12,890 nucleotides of DNA from an uncultured Deinococcales bacterium (GTDB lineage: Bacteria > Deinococcota > Deinococci > Deinococcales > JAAFIG01): contig CAXTTL010000137.1 in NCBI GenBank assembly GCA_964247135.1, positions 1 through 12,890 on the forward strand, read 5' to 3'. The notes below the pieces were generated by a model, which was not told the origin of the DNA, made no database searches, and saw only the letters and a program-made list of their open reading frames with translations. Each line of letters starts with the position of its first letter. The stretch's first letter is position 1. Shown here in pieces: positions 1-6,490 of the stretch. The position numbers were made by a program, and so were the translations under genes.

Positions 1-488
1 TCGTCGATTGTATCGTCGTGTTTTTTGTTGCGTTTGCGTAGTTTTGGTTGTAAAGGTTTGCGCATTCTGTTGTTTAAATTCCACAAGTATTTAACGCAAC
101 TTTCTCGAGGAAGGTTGGTAACCAACATGCAAAGTTTGAGAATACCTTTGGCCTCTTCGATCGGCGTCAGTTGCTCGCGTTGAAGGTTTTCGATCATGGT
201 GATGTCGAGCGCTTCGGCGTTGCTCGAGTCTCTGATGATGGCTGGCACTTTTTCGAGGTTGGCTTGTCGTGCGCTCTGCCATCGGCGTTCGCCTGCGATG
301 ATCTCAAATTTGTCTTCGACCTGACGAACAATAATGGGGACGAGAACGCCGCGCCTCTTGATGCTTTCGGTCAGGGCAAGTTTGGCTTCTGGGGTAAATC
401 GTGATCTTGGTTGATCGAGGCTGATGTTGATTTGTTCGATTGGAATCCAGGTGATTTGGTATTCCAGTGTGTTGGTTTGGTTTGGCAT
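1..488 (-). CDS. parB: ParB/Spo0J-family protein (ParB-1); 3' end lies beyond the left edge; absent from the ORF track
   Basis: Manual translation from ATG at 488, open to the edge: MPNQTNTLEYQITWIPIEQINISLDQPRSRFTPEAKLALTESIKRRGVLVPIIVRQVEDKFEIIAGERRWQSARQANLEKVPAIIRDSSNAEALDITMIENLQREQLTPIEEAKGILKLC... Contains ParB motifs QPR, GERRW and ENLQRE-L. Confidence 0.93.
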   Translation of the reverse strand, partial: MPNQTNTLEYQITWIPIEQINISLDQPRSRFTPEAKLALTESIKRRGVLVPIIVRQVEDKFEIIAGERRWQSARQANLEKVPAIIRDSSNAEALDITMIENLQREQLTPIEEAKGILKLCMLVTNLPRESCVKYLWNLNNRMRKPLQPKLRKRNKKHDDTID

Positions 489-493
489 GGTTG

Positions 494-537
494 ATGTTAC
501 CCGTGTTTTTTTGGAACGTTCGAGTTTTTTTCACAGG
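494..537 (-). promoter_or_regulatory. Putative parB-1 promoter: CRP-type half-site plus -10 box, leaderless
   Basis: - strand ccTGTGAaaaaaa (TGTGA 535-531); TAACAT at 499-494; 5 nt to the ATG; no SD. Confidence 0.55.
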
Positions 538-588
538 TCGTGCTTATTTAGCCAGTCGATTCTGTAGATAGTCAATGGCGAGAACGAT

Positions 589-629
589 AAAATGAAGCTT
601 GGTAGAAATCAAAAATGACTTCTACCAAG
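589..629 (-). terminator. Intrinsic terminator-like hairpin after CDS 690..1466
   Basis: CTTGGTAGAA(598-607)/TTCTACCAAG(620-629); the stem extends through a position that is G-U only on the - strand; followed by CUUCAUUUU on -. Confidence 0.6.
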
Positions 630-689
630 GAACATGATTAACGGTTCATGCTCAAAACCTGAACCACGCGCTGATCTATTCGATTGAAT

Positions 690-1466
690 TTAGACCATGT
701 ACGTGGGAATGCGGCACACTTCGTAGCCCGTGACGCTGTCGTGCAAAGCAATTGCTTTGACTCGAGCGCCGTCTTTTACCTCGGTTATTTCTTCAGTGAG
801 GAGTTCAAGCAGCACGTTACTTCGGCTGTCCAACATGCCCTGAATTTGTAGGGTTTCGGCGACCTCGTGAAGACTTGCGTATTCGTAAGGGTTAAAGCCG
901 ATACCGCTTTCTTCAAGGCGTTGTTGAAGCCATTCTGGAAGGAGCGTTTCCGTTGAGCTGACGTAAGGTGAGTCGTTTTGCTCGAGCTTGCTCAAGCCGT
1001 AGACTTCCGTCTTAAACGCGAACAGTCTGCTGAGTTCCTGTTTGGCTTCCAGGACGTTGGGGTCAACTTTGTCAAGGTCAACATCTGTCCGTAAATCCCG
1101 TTGATGCACTGGGATCGCCTTGTTTTTGAAGTCCTTCACGGTTCGTACCACTGGTCCTTTTGCTGGGATAATGTCTTCCAATGCGCTTTCTGTCGCTTGG
1201 ACTGACACTTGCTTCGACATCCGGTGACAGGCTTCGTTCAGTGCTTTACCCAAAGCTGTGACTGGACTCGAGAAGGCGAGGCGTTCAAGGTTTTCGCCTT
1301 GGGATTTCGCTTTTTGGGTCATTGCGTAGAGTTCAATCCGAAAATGCGGATTTTTTCGCAGCATGTTTCCCAACGCCGACAAATATGCGTCTTGAAAAAT
1401 CTCCTTTCCTGTGAGAAATTCTGAGAGGGCTTCGGTGACTTGCCGTATAATGATTTTGGTTTTCAT
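690..1466 (-). CDS. Hypothetical protein (258 aa)
   Basis: Long ORF with protein-like composition and a downstream hairpin. ATG at 1466 (MKTKIII) preferred over TTG at 1523, whose extension crosses an inverted repeat and -10 box. No family recognised. Confidence 0.8.
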   Translation of the reverse strand: MKTKIIIRQVTEALSEFLTGKEIFQDAYLSALGNMLRKNPHFRIELYAMTQKAKSQGENLERLAFSSPVTALGKALNEACHRMSKQVSVQATESALEDIIPAKGPVVRTVKDFKNKAIPVHQRDLRTDVDLDKVDPNVLEAKQELSRLFAFKTEVYGLSKLEQNDSPYVSSTETLLPEWLQQRLEESGIGFNPYEYASLHEVAETLQIQGMLDSRSNVLLELLTEEITEVKDGARVKAIALHDSVTGYEVCRIPTYMV

Positions 1467-1476
1467 GACAGAAACC

Positions 1477-1520
1477 AGTTTAGCCAAGCCCACAGGCTTG
1501 GCTAAATGTTTTTTCACAGG
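1477..1520 (-). promoter_or_regulatory. Putative promoter: CRP-type half-site plus -10 box
   Basis: - strand ccTGTGAaaaaa (TGTGA 1518-1514) and TAAACT (1482-1477); same 36-nt offset as at parB-1. Confidence 0.55.
1479..1506. repeat. Perfect 12-bp inverted repeat (terminator or operator)
   Basis: TTTAGCCAAGCC-caca-GGCTTGGCTAAA, 30 nt downstream of the stop of 1537..1923. Confidence 0.8.
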
Positions 1521-1536
1521 CAACTCGTTTTTGAGT

Positions 1537-1923
1537 TTAGTTTGAGCGTTGCGGTTTGGGTGGTGGGCGCAGGTTGACCGCGTTGTACAGAGGCTCGAGG
1601 TCGCGGATGTTGCGTTCGAGCATCATTTTGGCTTTTTCAAACTCGTCGATTGCCGCGTCGTAGCGCTCGTGAAACAGGTGATCGCTGGCGTTGAACAGAT
1701 GGTCTGAGATCATTTTTTCATGGTGCAGACCGTAATCCTCGACCAATTGTTGATCTTCGAGTTCTTGGAGTCGGTAAATGATGCGCAAGCGTCTGACTTC
1801 GGTCATCGCGGCTTCTTGATCTTGACCCCGCGAAGCGCTGATGGCCAGTTCAAGCCATTGGAGTGGTTGGAGTTGTTCGAAGGTGTACCCTTCCAGGGTT
1901 GGTGGGGATTTTTCGTGATTCAT
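1537..1923 (-). CDS. Hypothetical alpha-helical protein (128 aa)
   Basis: ATG preceded by GAGG and an extended -10 TGcTAAACT (1953-1945); E/L/R-rich helical composition. Confidence 0.8.
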   Translation of the reverse strand: MNHEKSPPTLEGYTFEQLQPLQWLELAISASRGQDQEAAMTEVRRLRIIYRLQELEDQQLVEDYGLHHEKMISDHLFNASDHLFHERYDAAIDEFEKAKMMLERNIRDLEPLYNAVNLRPPPKPQRSN

Positions 1924-1952
1924 GGTGTGCCTCGGTTCGGGTTTAGTTTAGC

Positions 1953-1991
1953 AAAAAAAAGCATAAACGATGGGAAGATCATCGTTTATGC
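1953..1991 (-). terminator. Intrinsic terminator of the sigma-like gene
   Basis: 12-bp stem GCATAAACGATG/CATCGTTTATGC followed by T8 on the - strand, 11 nt after the stop. Confidence 0.9.
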
Positions 1992-2002
1992 GGCAGGCTT
2001 GG

Positions 2003-2749
2003 TTAAGCCTGTAGAGCGATCCAGAGACGTTTAAAGTTCTCTTTGGCGCTTTGTAACTGGTCTTGATCGCAGTCCTCGTCGGTGAACGACTTTTCGATCA
2101 AATCCTGGTCCCATTGTGGAAGTAGCTTGAGCACATTGTTGATTTCTTCACGCAACCCGTTTTTTACTGGGGCTGCGATCAAATCTCCAAGTGTTCCGCC
2201 TTCCTCACTTAATTCCTGTTCGAAGGACATTATTGCTCCTTCGATTTGAAGAATCTCCTGCACTTGCTCGAGAGTGCTCCCGCATTCAAACGCGATTTGC
2301 TCGAGGTTCACTGTGCCCTTTTCCAGAAGCTTAAAACGAATTGCTTGTATTTGTTTTAGTTTCTGTAAGGTTTGTTGTGGAACACCTAACATACCGTGCC
2401 TTTCTTGCGAGACGAATCTCTCAAGTTTTTCTCGCATCACCCGAATGACCCAGTGTGATGGTCTGACGCCCTTCATGTACGACAAGTCGATGCTCTTGAT
2501 TGCTTCCCAGACTGCAACTGTTGCTGTCTGAATCAAGTCCATTAACGTGTCATAACAGGTGGAACCGTAACTTGTGGCGAGTCTGAACGCGTCACGAATG
2601 GCGACCGGTTGGTAAAACTGAACCAGTGCGTCGGTTGCTTCACGAACTTCCATCTCATTGCCGAATTTTCGCGCCGTAAAATAACGGAGTTCTTGCTCGG
2701 TGGTGAGTGCCTTAAAGCTGCCGGTTGCCAATTTCAATAATTCGTTCAT
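2003..2749 (-). CDS. Divergent sigma-70 family protein (RpoD/RpoS-like regions 1.2-3, truncated region 4)
   Basis: LTTEQE (region 1.2), MDLIQTATVAVWEAIKSID (2.2), LEQIAFECGSTLEQVQEIL...MSFEQEL...TLGDLI (3), LREEINNVLKLLP (4.1); SD GAGGTG. Confidence 0.85.
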   Translation of the reverse strand: MNELLKLATGSFKALTTEQELRYFTARKFGNEMEVREATDALVQFYQPVAIRDAFRLATSYGSTCYDTLMDLIQTATVAVWEAIKSIDLSYMKGVRPSHWVIRVMREKLERFVSQERHGMLGVPQQTLQKLKQIQAIRFKLLEKGTVNLEQIAFECGSTLEQVQEILQIEGAIMSFEQELSEEGGTLGDLIAAPVKNGLREEINNVLKLLPQWDQDLIEKSFTDEDCDQDQLQSAKENFKRLWIALQA

Positions 2750-2765
2750 GTGTCACCTCAAAAGA

Positions 2766-2833
2766 AGCCTAGGGTGAATCTCGAATTTGGGTGTTGCTTT
2801 TCTCACAGCTTTGTTTTGGTGATGCTTTAAGAT
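2766..2833. promoter_or_regulatory. Divergent promoter pair around one CRP-like box
   Basis: TGTTG-cttttc-TCACA (2792-2807, 8/10 to TGTGA-N6-TCACA); TAGGCT on - (2771-2766) and TAAGAT on + (2828-2833) each start 28.5 nt from the box centre. Confidence 0.6.
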
Positions 2834-2887
2834 TGGAATAGCTCAAGTCTTTGGGCCAATCGGTGTTTCTCAGATTTGTTGGCGCGA

Positions 2888-2909
2888 TTTGGGATTCGTT
2901 TGGGATTCG
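2888..2909 (+). repeat. Tandem direct repeat TTTGGGATTCG x2
   Basis: Exact copies at 2888-2898 and 2899-2909. Confidence 0.85.
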
Positions 2910-2958
2910 TTCAACCTCAGCCAGGTGCCGCCGGTCGTCTGGCAAAATTTAAATTCTT

Positions 2959-2988
2959 GACCGTGGTTGTGTCTGCGGTCTTTTTTTT
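2959..2988 (+). terminator. Intrinsic terminator on the + strand
   Basis: GACCGUGG-uugugu-CUGCGGUC (two G-U pairs valid only on +) followed by T8 (2981-2988). Confidence 0.8.
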
Positions 2989-3043
2989 ATGTCATGGTGG
3001 TGAACGTGTTTGGAGTTTGATACGGTTCCTTTCGAATTGCATG

Positions 3044-3076
3044 AAAAAGGGGAGTGAACTTGATTCACTCCCCTTT
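3044..3076 (-). terminator. Intrinsic terminator of the primase gene, possibly bidirectional
   Basis: AAAGGGGAGTGAA-cttga-TTCACTCCCCTTT with a T5 tail on -, 18 nt after the stop. Confidence 0.85.
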
Positions 3077-3094
3077 GCTTTTCATATTTTCGGG

Positions 3095-4168
3095 TTATTG
3101 AATGGTTTGGATTCGTTTCTTTAGGTTGTCTGCTCCGTGAATGATCAAAATGTCGTTGGCGTCTAAATTTTGGTTTGGCTGGTTGATGCTCAGCCGTCGA
3201 GCCTTGATTCCTTTGCGCTCGAGTCTTTCCGAGAGGTCTTTTTGGTGGTGCTCTCCCGCCTTGTCATGGTCGGTGATGATGATGCAGTCTCGAGATTCAA
3301 GGTTGGTTTCCCAACCCATCGGCAAGCGTCCTCCTGGCAGCCCGATGATGGGGTATTTGTCTCCGAGCGCAACGACCAGCGCTGCCGCGTTCAATTCACC
3401 TTCGATCAAGATGACGGCTCCGGGATGCTCGAGGCTCGAGGCGTGATACGGTGCTGGTAAAATGCAGTCTCCCACGGTGGGACCGTCGTAGCGAAGGATG
3501 TTCTTTTGTTTGAGTTCGCATTTGCTCTCGAAACCTTGATACCGGACTTTAAACCAGACGGTTTGTTGCCCTTGAATAAAGGGCATGACGATTCTGCCGT
3601 ACCAGGTTTTGATTCGTTTTGGGGCGCCGAGTTCAAGACTTTCTTGAATTAAATGCCATTCCATGACGCCAAAGCGCATGGTGGTGACGATTGAATCTAG
3701 TGCTCGTCGTTGTAGGTACTCAAATGCTGTGCGTGCGGCTTTTGATTGTGGCTCGAGCAGCGCCTGATGACTTTTTTCGATGATTGGTTGCATCCAGGGT
3801 TCGGTGGTTGCGGGTACGAAGACTTTGTTTTGGGGGATGGATTTAAAGGTTTTGGTGGTTGTGCCCGTGTTGGTGATTCCAGCCAACTCTAACGCTCGGC
3901 GATACGCGCCTTTCTGGTCGTAAGCACCGCCGTATGATGATTGCAACCAATTGAAGACATTGCCCTTTTCGTGGCAGCCAAAGCAGTAGTAGTGGTCTTG
4001 CCAAACCCTGAAACTCGGTGAACGTTCGGCGTGAAATGGACACAGCGACTCGAGGATACCCTTGCGGGAGGGCAGTCCAAGGTCGCTGGCGATGATTTCA
4101 CGTAAATCAATGGCTTGAATCGCGCTTTGACGAAGTGCTTTAAAGTGGTCGTTTGCGGTGGTGAGCAC
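3095..4168 (-). CDS. DnaG-type primase (CHC2 zinc finger + TOPRIM), no C-terminal helicase-binding domain
   Basis: CPFHAERSPSF...YYCFGC zinc finger; GRIVMPF; IEGELNA and DHD TOPRIM motifs; DAND near the end. GTG at 4168 (preceded by AGGA) preferred; the ORF track start is 4261. Confidence 0.88.
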   Translation of the reverse strand: MLTTANDHFKALRQSAIQAIDLREIIASDLGLPSRKGILESLCPFHAERSPSFRVWQDHYYCFGCHEKGNVFNWLQSSYGGAYDQKGAYRRALELAGITNTGTTTKTFKSIPQNKVFVPATTEPWMQPIIEKSHQALLEPQSKAARTAFEYLQRRALDSIVTTMRFGVMEWHLIQESLELGAPKRIKTWYGRIVMPFIQGQQTVWFKVRYQGFESKCELKQKNILRYDGPTVGDCILPAPYHASSLEHPGAVILIEGELNAAALVVALGDKYPIIGLPGGRLPMGWETNLESRDCIIITDHDKAGEHHQKDLSERLERKGIKARRLSINQPNQNLDANDILIIHGADNLKKRIQTIQ

Positions 4169-4262
4169 AAAATTTCCTATTGTTAAAACGTTTGGATGGT
4201 TAATTGGTGTGGTAATTACCTTGCTGGGTGGCGTTTCGAGTACAATTTTTTTGGAGGTCACG

Positions 4263-4451
4263 GTGAAAAATATGTTTTTGTCTCGTGCGGCAAGCGGTTT
4301 GGTGCTCGGTTTGGCTTTGGCATTCTGCCCTGCGGTGGCGATTGTGGCGGCTGAGTTGGCAATTGGCGCTTTTATGGTTCGTGAACTCAGCAGGCTCGTG
4401 CCTCAACTTGCCGCGAAGTTTCAAGGTCTGGCTCGACCCGTTACGGCTTGA
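4263..4451 (+). CDS. Small hydrophobic protein (62 aa), probably membrane-associated
   Basis: TACAAT(4241-46)-tttttt-GGAGGTcacg-GTG; MKNMFLSRAASGLVLGLALAFCPAVAIVAAELAIGAFMVRELSRLVPQLAAKFQGLARPVTA; fills the gap between primase and lipoprotein genes. Confidence 0.6.
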   Translation: MKNMFLSRAASGLVLGLALAFCPAVAIVAAELAIGAFMVRELSRLVPQLAAKFQGLARPVTA

Positions 4452-5160
4452 GGGTTATTTTGGCGTTGGCGGTGACGGTGTTGATGTTGCCGGCGCTGCT
4501 CGGTCCGGTCGCGGTGATCACTACATTCAAATCTTCACTGGCGGTAACCGTGTTTGCGGTTGCCGTTATTTTTTGACTTTTGTCGGCTTGCTCGGTCACA
4601 GAGACGGTTCCAGCCCCGAGCGCGGTGGCGGAGAGCACGTATTCTTTGGGATCGATGCGAAACTCCAAACCGTAAGCGGAGACGTCAATCTCACCCGATG
4701 TGCCAGAGGTGAGTTCTTTCGGGGCGCTGTTGATCTCGAGTTTGGCGAGGCTCGCCCGCAGTGGAATGCTGAGCGTGGTGTCTTCGATGATCGTGGCAAA
4801 TTGTGCGCCGACCCCCTCGATGACGCCCGTGGTGCCGAGCAGGTTTAAACGAAATGTGTAACTTCCGCTCGAGGGCACTTGTATCACGGTTTGACTTTGC
4901 GCTCCGTTGGTGGTGACTGGTGTCAAAGCGCCGCCGCCTAGACTTTCGGTCACCAGGGACACGTTTAAGAGTGCCTTGGGGACATCCTCGAATTTTTGGT
5001 TGTTGAGGTTAAGGTATTGAAAGTTTGGCACGGTGTAATTGATGGTGACTTTATGACCTTGGCTGTTTGGCTTTTGGTTGATGAGGCTGCCGATTAAATT
5101 ACAACCGGTGCTTGAAACAACTATCAGCAATCCAAGCAGGGGTTTTGCGAATCTGTTCAT
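4441..5160 (-). CDS. Putative lipoprotein, beta-rich (Ig-like by inference)
   Basis: MNRFAKPLLGLLIVVSSTG-C signal/lipobox-like sequence; T/S/V-rich strand pattern; ATGA overlap with the upstream gene. Confidence 0.8.
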   Translation of the reverse strand: MNRFAKPLLGLLIVVSSTGCNLIGSLINQKPNSQGHKVTINYTVPNFQYLNLNNQKFEDVPKALLNVSLVTESLGGGALTPVTTNGAQSQTVIQVPSSGSYTFRLNLLGTTGVIEGVGAQFATIIEDTTLSIPLRASLAKLEINSAPKELTSGTSGEIDVSAYGLEFRIDPKEYVLSATALGAGTVSVTEQADKSQKITATANTVTASEDLNVVITATGPSSAGNINTVTANAKITLKP

Positions 5161-5372
5161 GAGCGTGCTCGAGCGAGCAAGAACTGAATTGCCTGACTTT
5201 GGCTTTGTCCGAGTTTTTGGGCTTGCTCGATCATCGAGTTTACGAACTTGGCCGACATGCCCGTCTGTTCTTTGAGAATCTCAAGTTGCAGAATGTTGAT
5301 TCGGGTGCCGTCAAATTGAGAGCTGCGGGTTCGGATGCCACAAATGCTCGAGCTGGTGGTGAGTTGATACAT
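5157..5372 (-). CDS. Small hypothetical protein (71 aa); C-terminus weakly resembles a ribbon-helix-helix
   Basis: SD AAGGAG 5 nt before the ATG; stop overlaps the next start (ATGA); QAQKLGQSQSQAIQFLL pattern. Confidence 0.75.
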   Translation of the reverse strand: MYQLTTSSSICGIRTRSSQFDGTRINILQLEILKEQTGMSAKFVNSMIEQAQKLGQSQSQAIQFLLARARS

Positions 5373-5381
5373 GTTTGCTCC

Positions 5382-6305
5382 TTATTCGTGTGATGCTTCG
5401 AGCGCACGCTCGAGGGCTTGGGTTACGTCTGCCATGTCGTCCTCAAAATCGTCTTGCATGAAGGCCTCGAGGGTGAAGGTCGCCTGACAACGGGCTATGC
5501 CTTGCTTGGTGAGGTCGTATCTATGTTTGTCGACCTTGATAAAGCCTTGAACCTGCAATTCGTTGAGTTTCTTGCAGATGCTTTCACGTTGGGCGTTGAT
5601 GATCGATGCCAGCCAGCGCTGGTTTGAGGCTGGTCCAGTTTTCCAAAGGGCGTGCAAGATTCGGGTTTCGATGTCCGCCGATTTTGAGATTTGCCACGAG
5701 ATCAAATCGGCCAGCGCATCGAGCGTCTCGGTGCTTAAATTGGTTTCGCGCACGATTCGACATTCTCCCGCAGCCTCGAGGTTAAAGACTTCATGGACTC
5801 GGTCTGCGCCCGGCCAGATGCAATTGACTGCCAAACTCATGCTCGGTTTTTTGCCGTCTGAGGAGTAGAGCAAAACTGCTCCGGTGACGATCCGAAAGAC
5901 CTCGCTCGAATCGATCACGCTGCCCTCCTCGAGCACGAAATGATCGTCCTCGCTCGGGGTGTAGATTCGGGTGCCGACCTTGATCTTCTTGCTCGTGCTC
6001 CAACCACTTGGGATGGTTTCGTCGTAAAGCACAACTTCTTTCTTGTGGCGGTTGGCGTAGTGGATGCCTTCACGCGTTCCGATGTCGTAATCGCCTCGCT
6101 CATTGGCAATGATCACAGCGTCGCAACCACGAATGATTTCTTTTTGTGATTCTTTGAGTTCAACTTGATTGGTGCGCACTTGGATGGCAATGACTTCTTT
6201 GGAGTCGAGTTCGGCTTGTACCGCTTCGAACGGAGCCGTAAATTGATTGCCGATGATGGCAACCGTTTGATTTTTAAAGAACCGATCTGCCCGCACTTGA
6301 TTCAT
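5382..6305 (-). CDS. CRP/FNR-family regulator with an N-terminal NDT/deoxyribohydrolase-like domain
   Basis: C-terminal HTH NQRWLASIINAQRESICKKLNELQVQGFI; barrel remnant VFRIVTGAVLLYSSDG...LEA; N-terminal IRGCDAVIIANERGDYDIGTREGIHYANRHKKEVVLY. ATG 6305 (GGGGG upstream) preferred to TTG 6326. Confidence 0.75.
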   Translation of the reverse strand: MNQVRADRFFKNQTVAIIGNQFTAPFEAVQAELDSKEVIAIQVRTNQVELKESQKEIIRGCDAVIIANERGDYDIGTREGIHYANRHKKEVVLYDETIPSGWSTSKKIKVGTRIYTPSEDDHFVLEEGSVIDSSEVFRIVTGAVLLYSSDGKKPSMSLAVNCIWPGADRVHEVFNLEAAGECRIVRETNLSTETLDALADLISWQISKSADIETRILHALWKTGPASNQRWLASIINAQRESICKKLNELQVQGFIKVDKHRYDLTKQGIARCQATFTLEAFMQDDFEDDMADVTQALERALEASHE

Positions 6306-6401
6306 ATTGCCCCCCGTTTGAATCAATGTATCCAGTCAGACCGAGGGGTTGTAAAGTTTTTGGTTTTTGAGGTTTTTTTCTTTGGCTTGATGCTTAAATT
6401 G

Positions 6402-6467
6402 AAATTAGGCACAAGCTTAAAGTTGCGGCTTGTACCTGATTTGGTTTCCTTATGCACTGGGCATAAG
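6402..6467 (-). terminator. Two hairpins after CDS 6491..6862, probable terminator
   Basis: Imperfect stem 6402-6416/6428-6442 and CTTATGC/GCATAAG at 6449-6467. Confidence 0.45.
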
Positions 6468-6490
6468 TGGTATTAAACGTCGTTTTTAAG

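Larger units (their letters stand above)
2840..2988 (+). ncRNA. Candidate small RNA (~150 nt), family unknown
   Basis: -10 TAAGAT upstream; hairpins 2841-2856 and 2920-2943 with + strand G-U pairs; tandem 11-mer; terminator with T8; no SD-led ORF. Confidence 0.5.

Noticed and set aside
91-534. ORF-track entries 91..282 (-), 304..534 (-) and 171..404 (+)
   Set aside because: Alternative frames or antisense of the ParB-1 gene, which has clear family motifs.
1660-1680. parS-like GTGAAACA (also TGTTTCAC near 11474)
   Set aside because: Half-sites only, inside coding sequence; no 16-bp palindrome.
2888-2909. Tandem 11-mer as CRISPR or iteron array
   Set aside because: Only two adjacent copies, no spacers, no cas or rep gene.
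2880-2917. tRNA-3'-end-like text on - (CGAATCCC...CGCGCCA), possible att site
   Set aside because: No GTTCGA loop with a paired T-stem, no cloverleaf and no integrase in the window.
2876-3124. 82-aa + strand ORF
   Set aside because: TTG start with no SD; runs through two terminators and into the primase gene.
4186-4220. Short palindromes AAACGTTT and GGTAATTACC between the divergent primase and small gene
   Set aside because: Single 8-10 bp copies are expected by chance; not repeated at other promoters.
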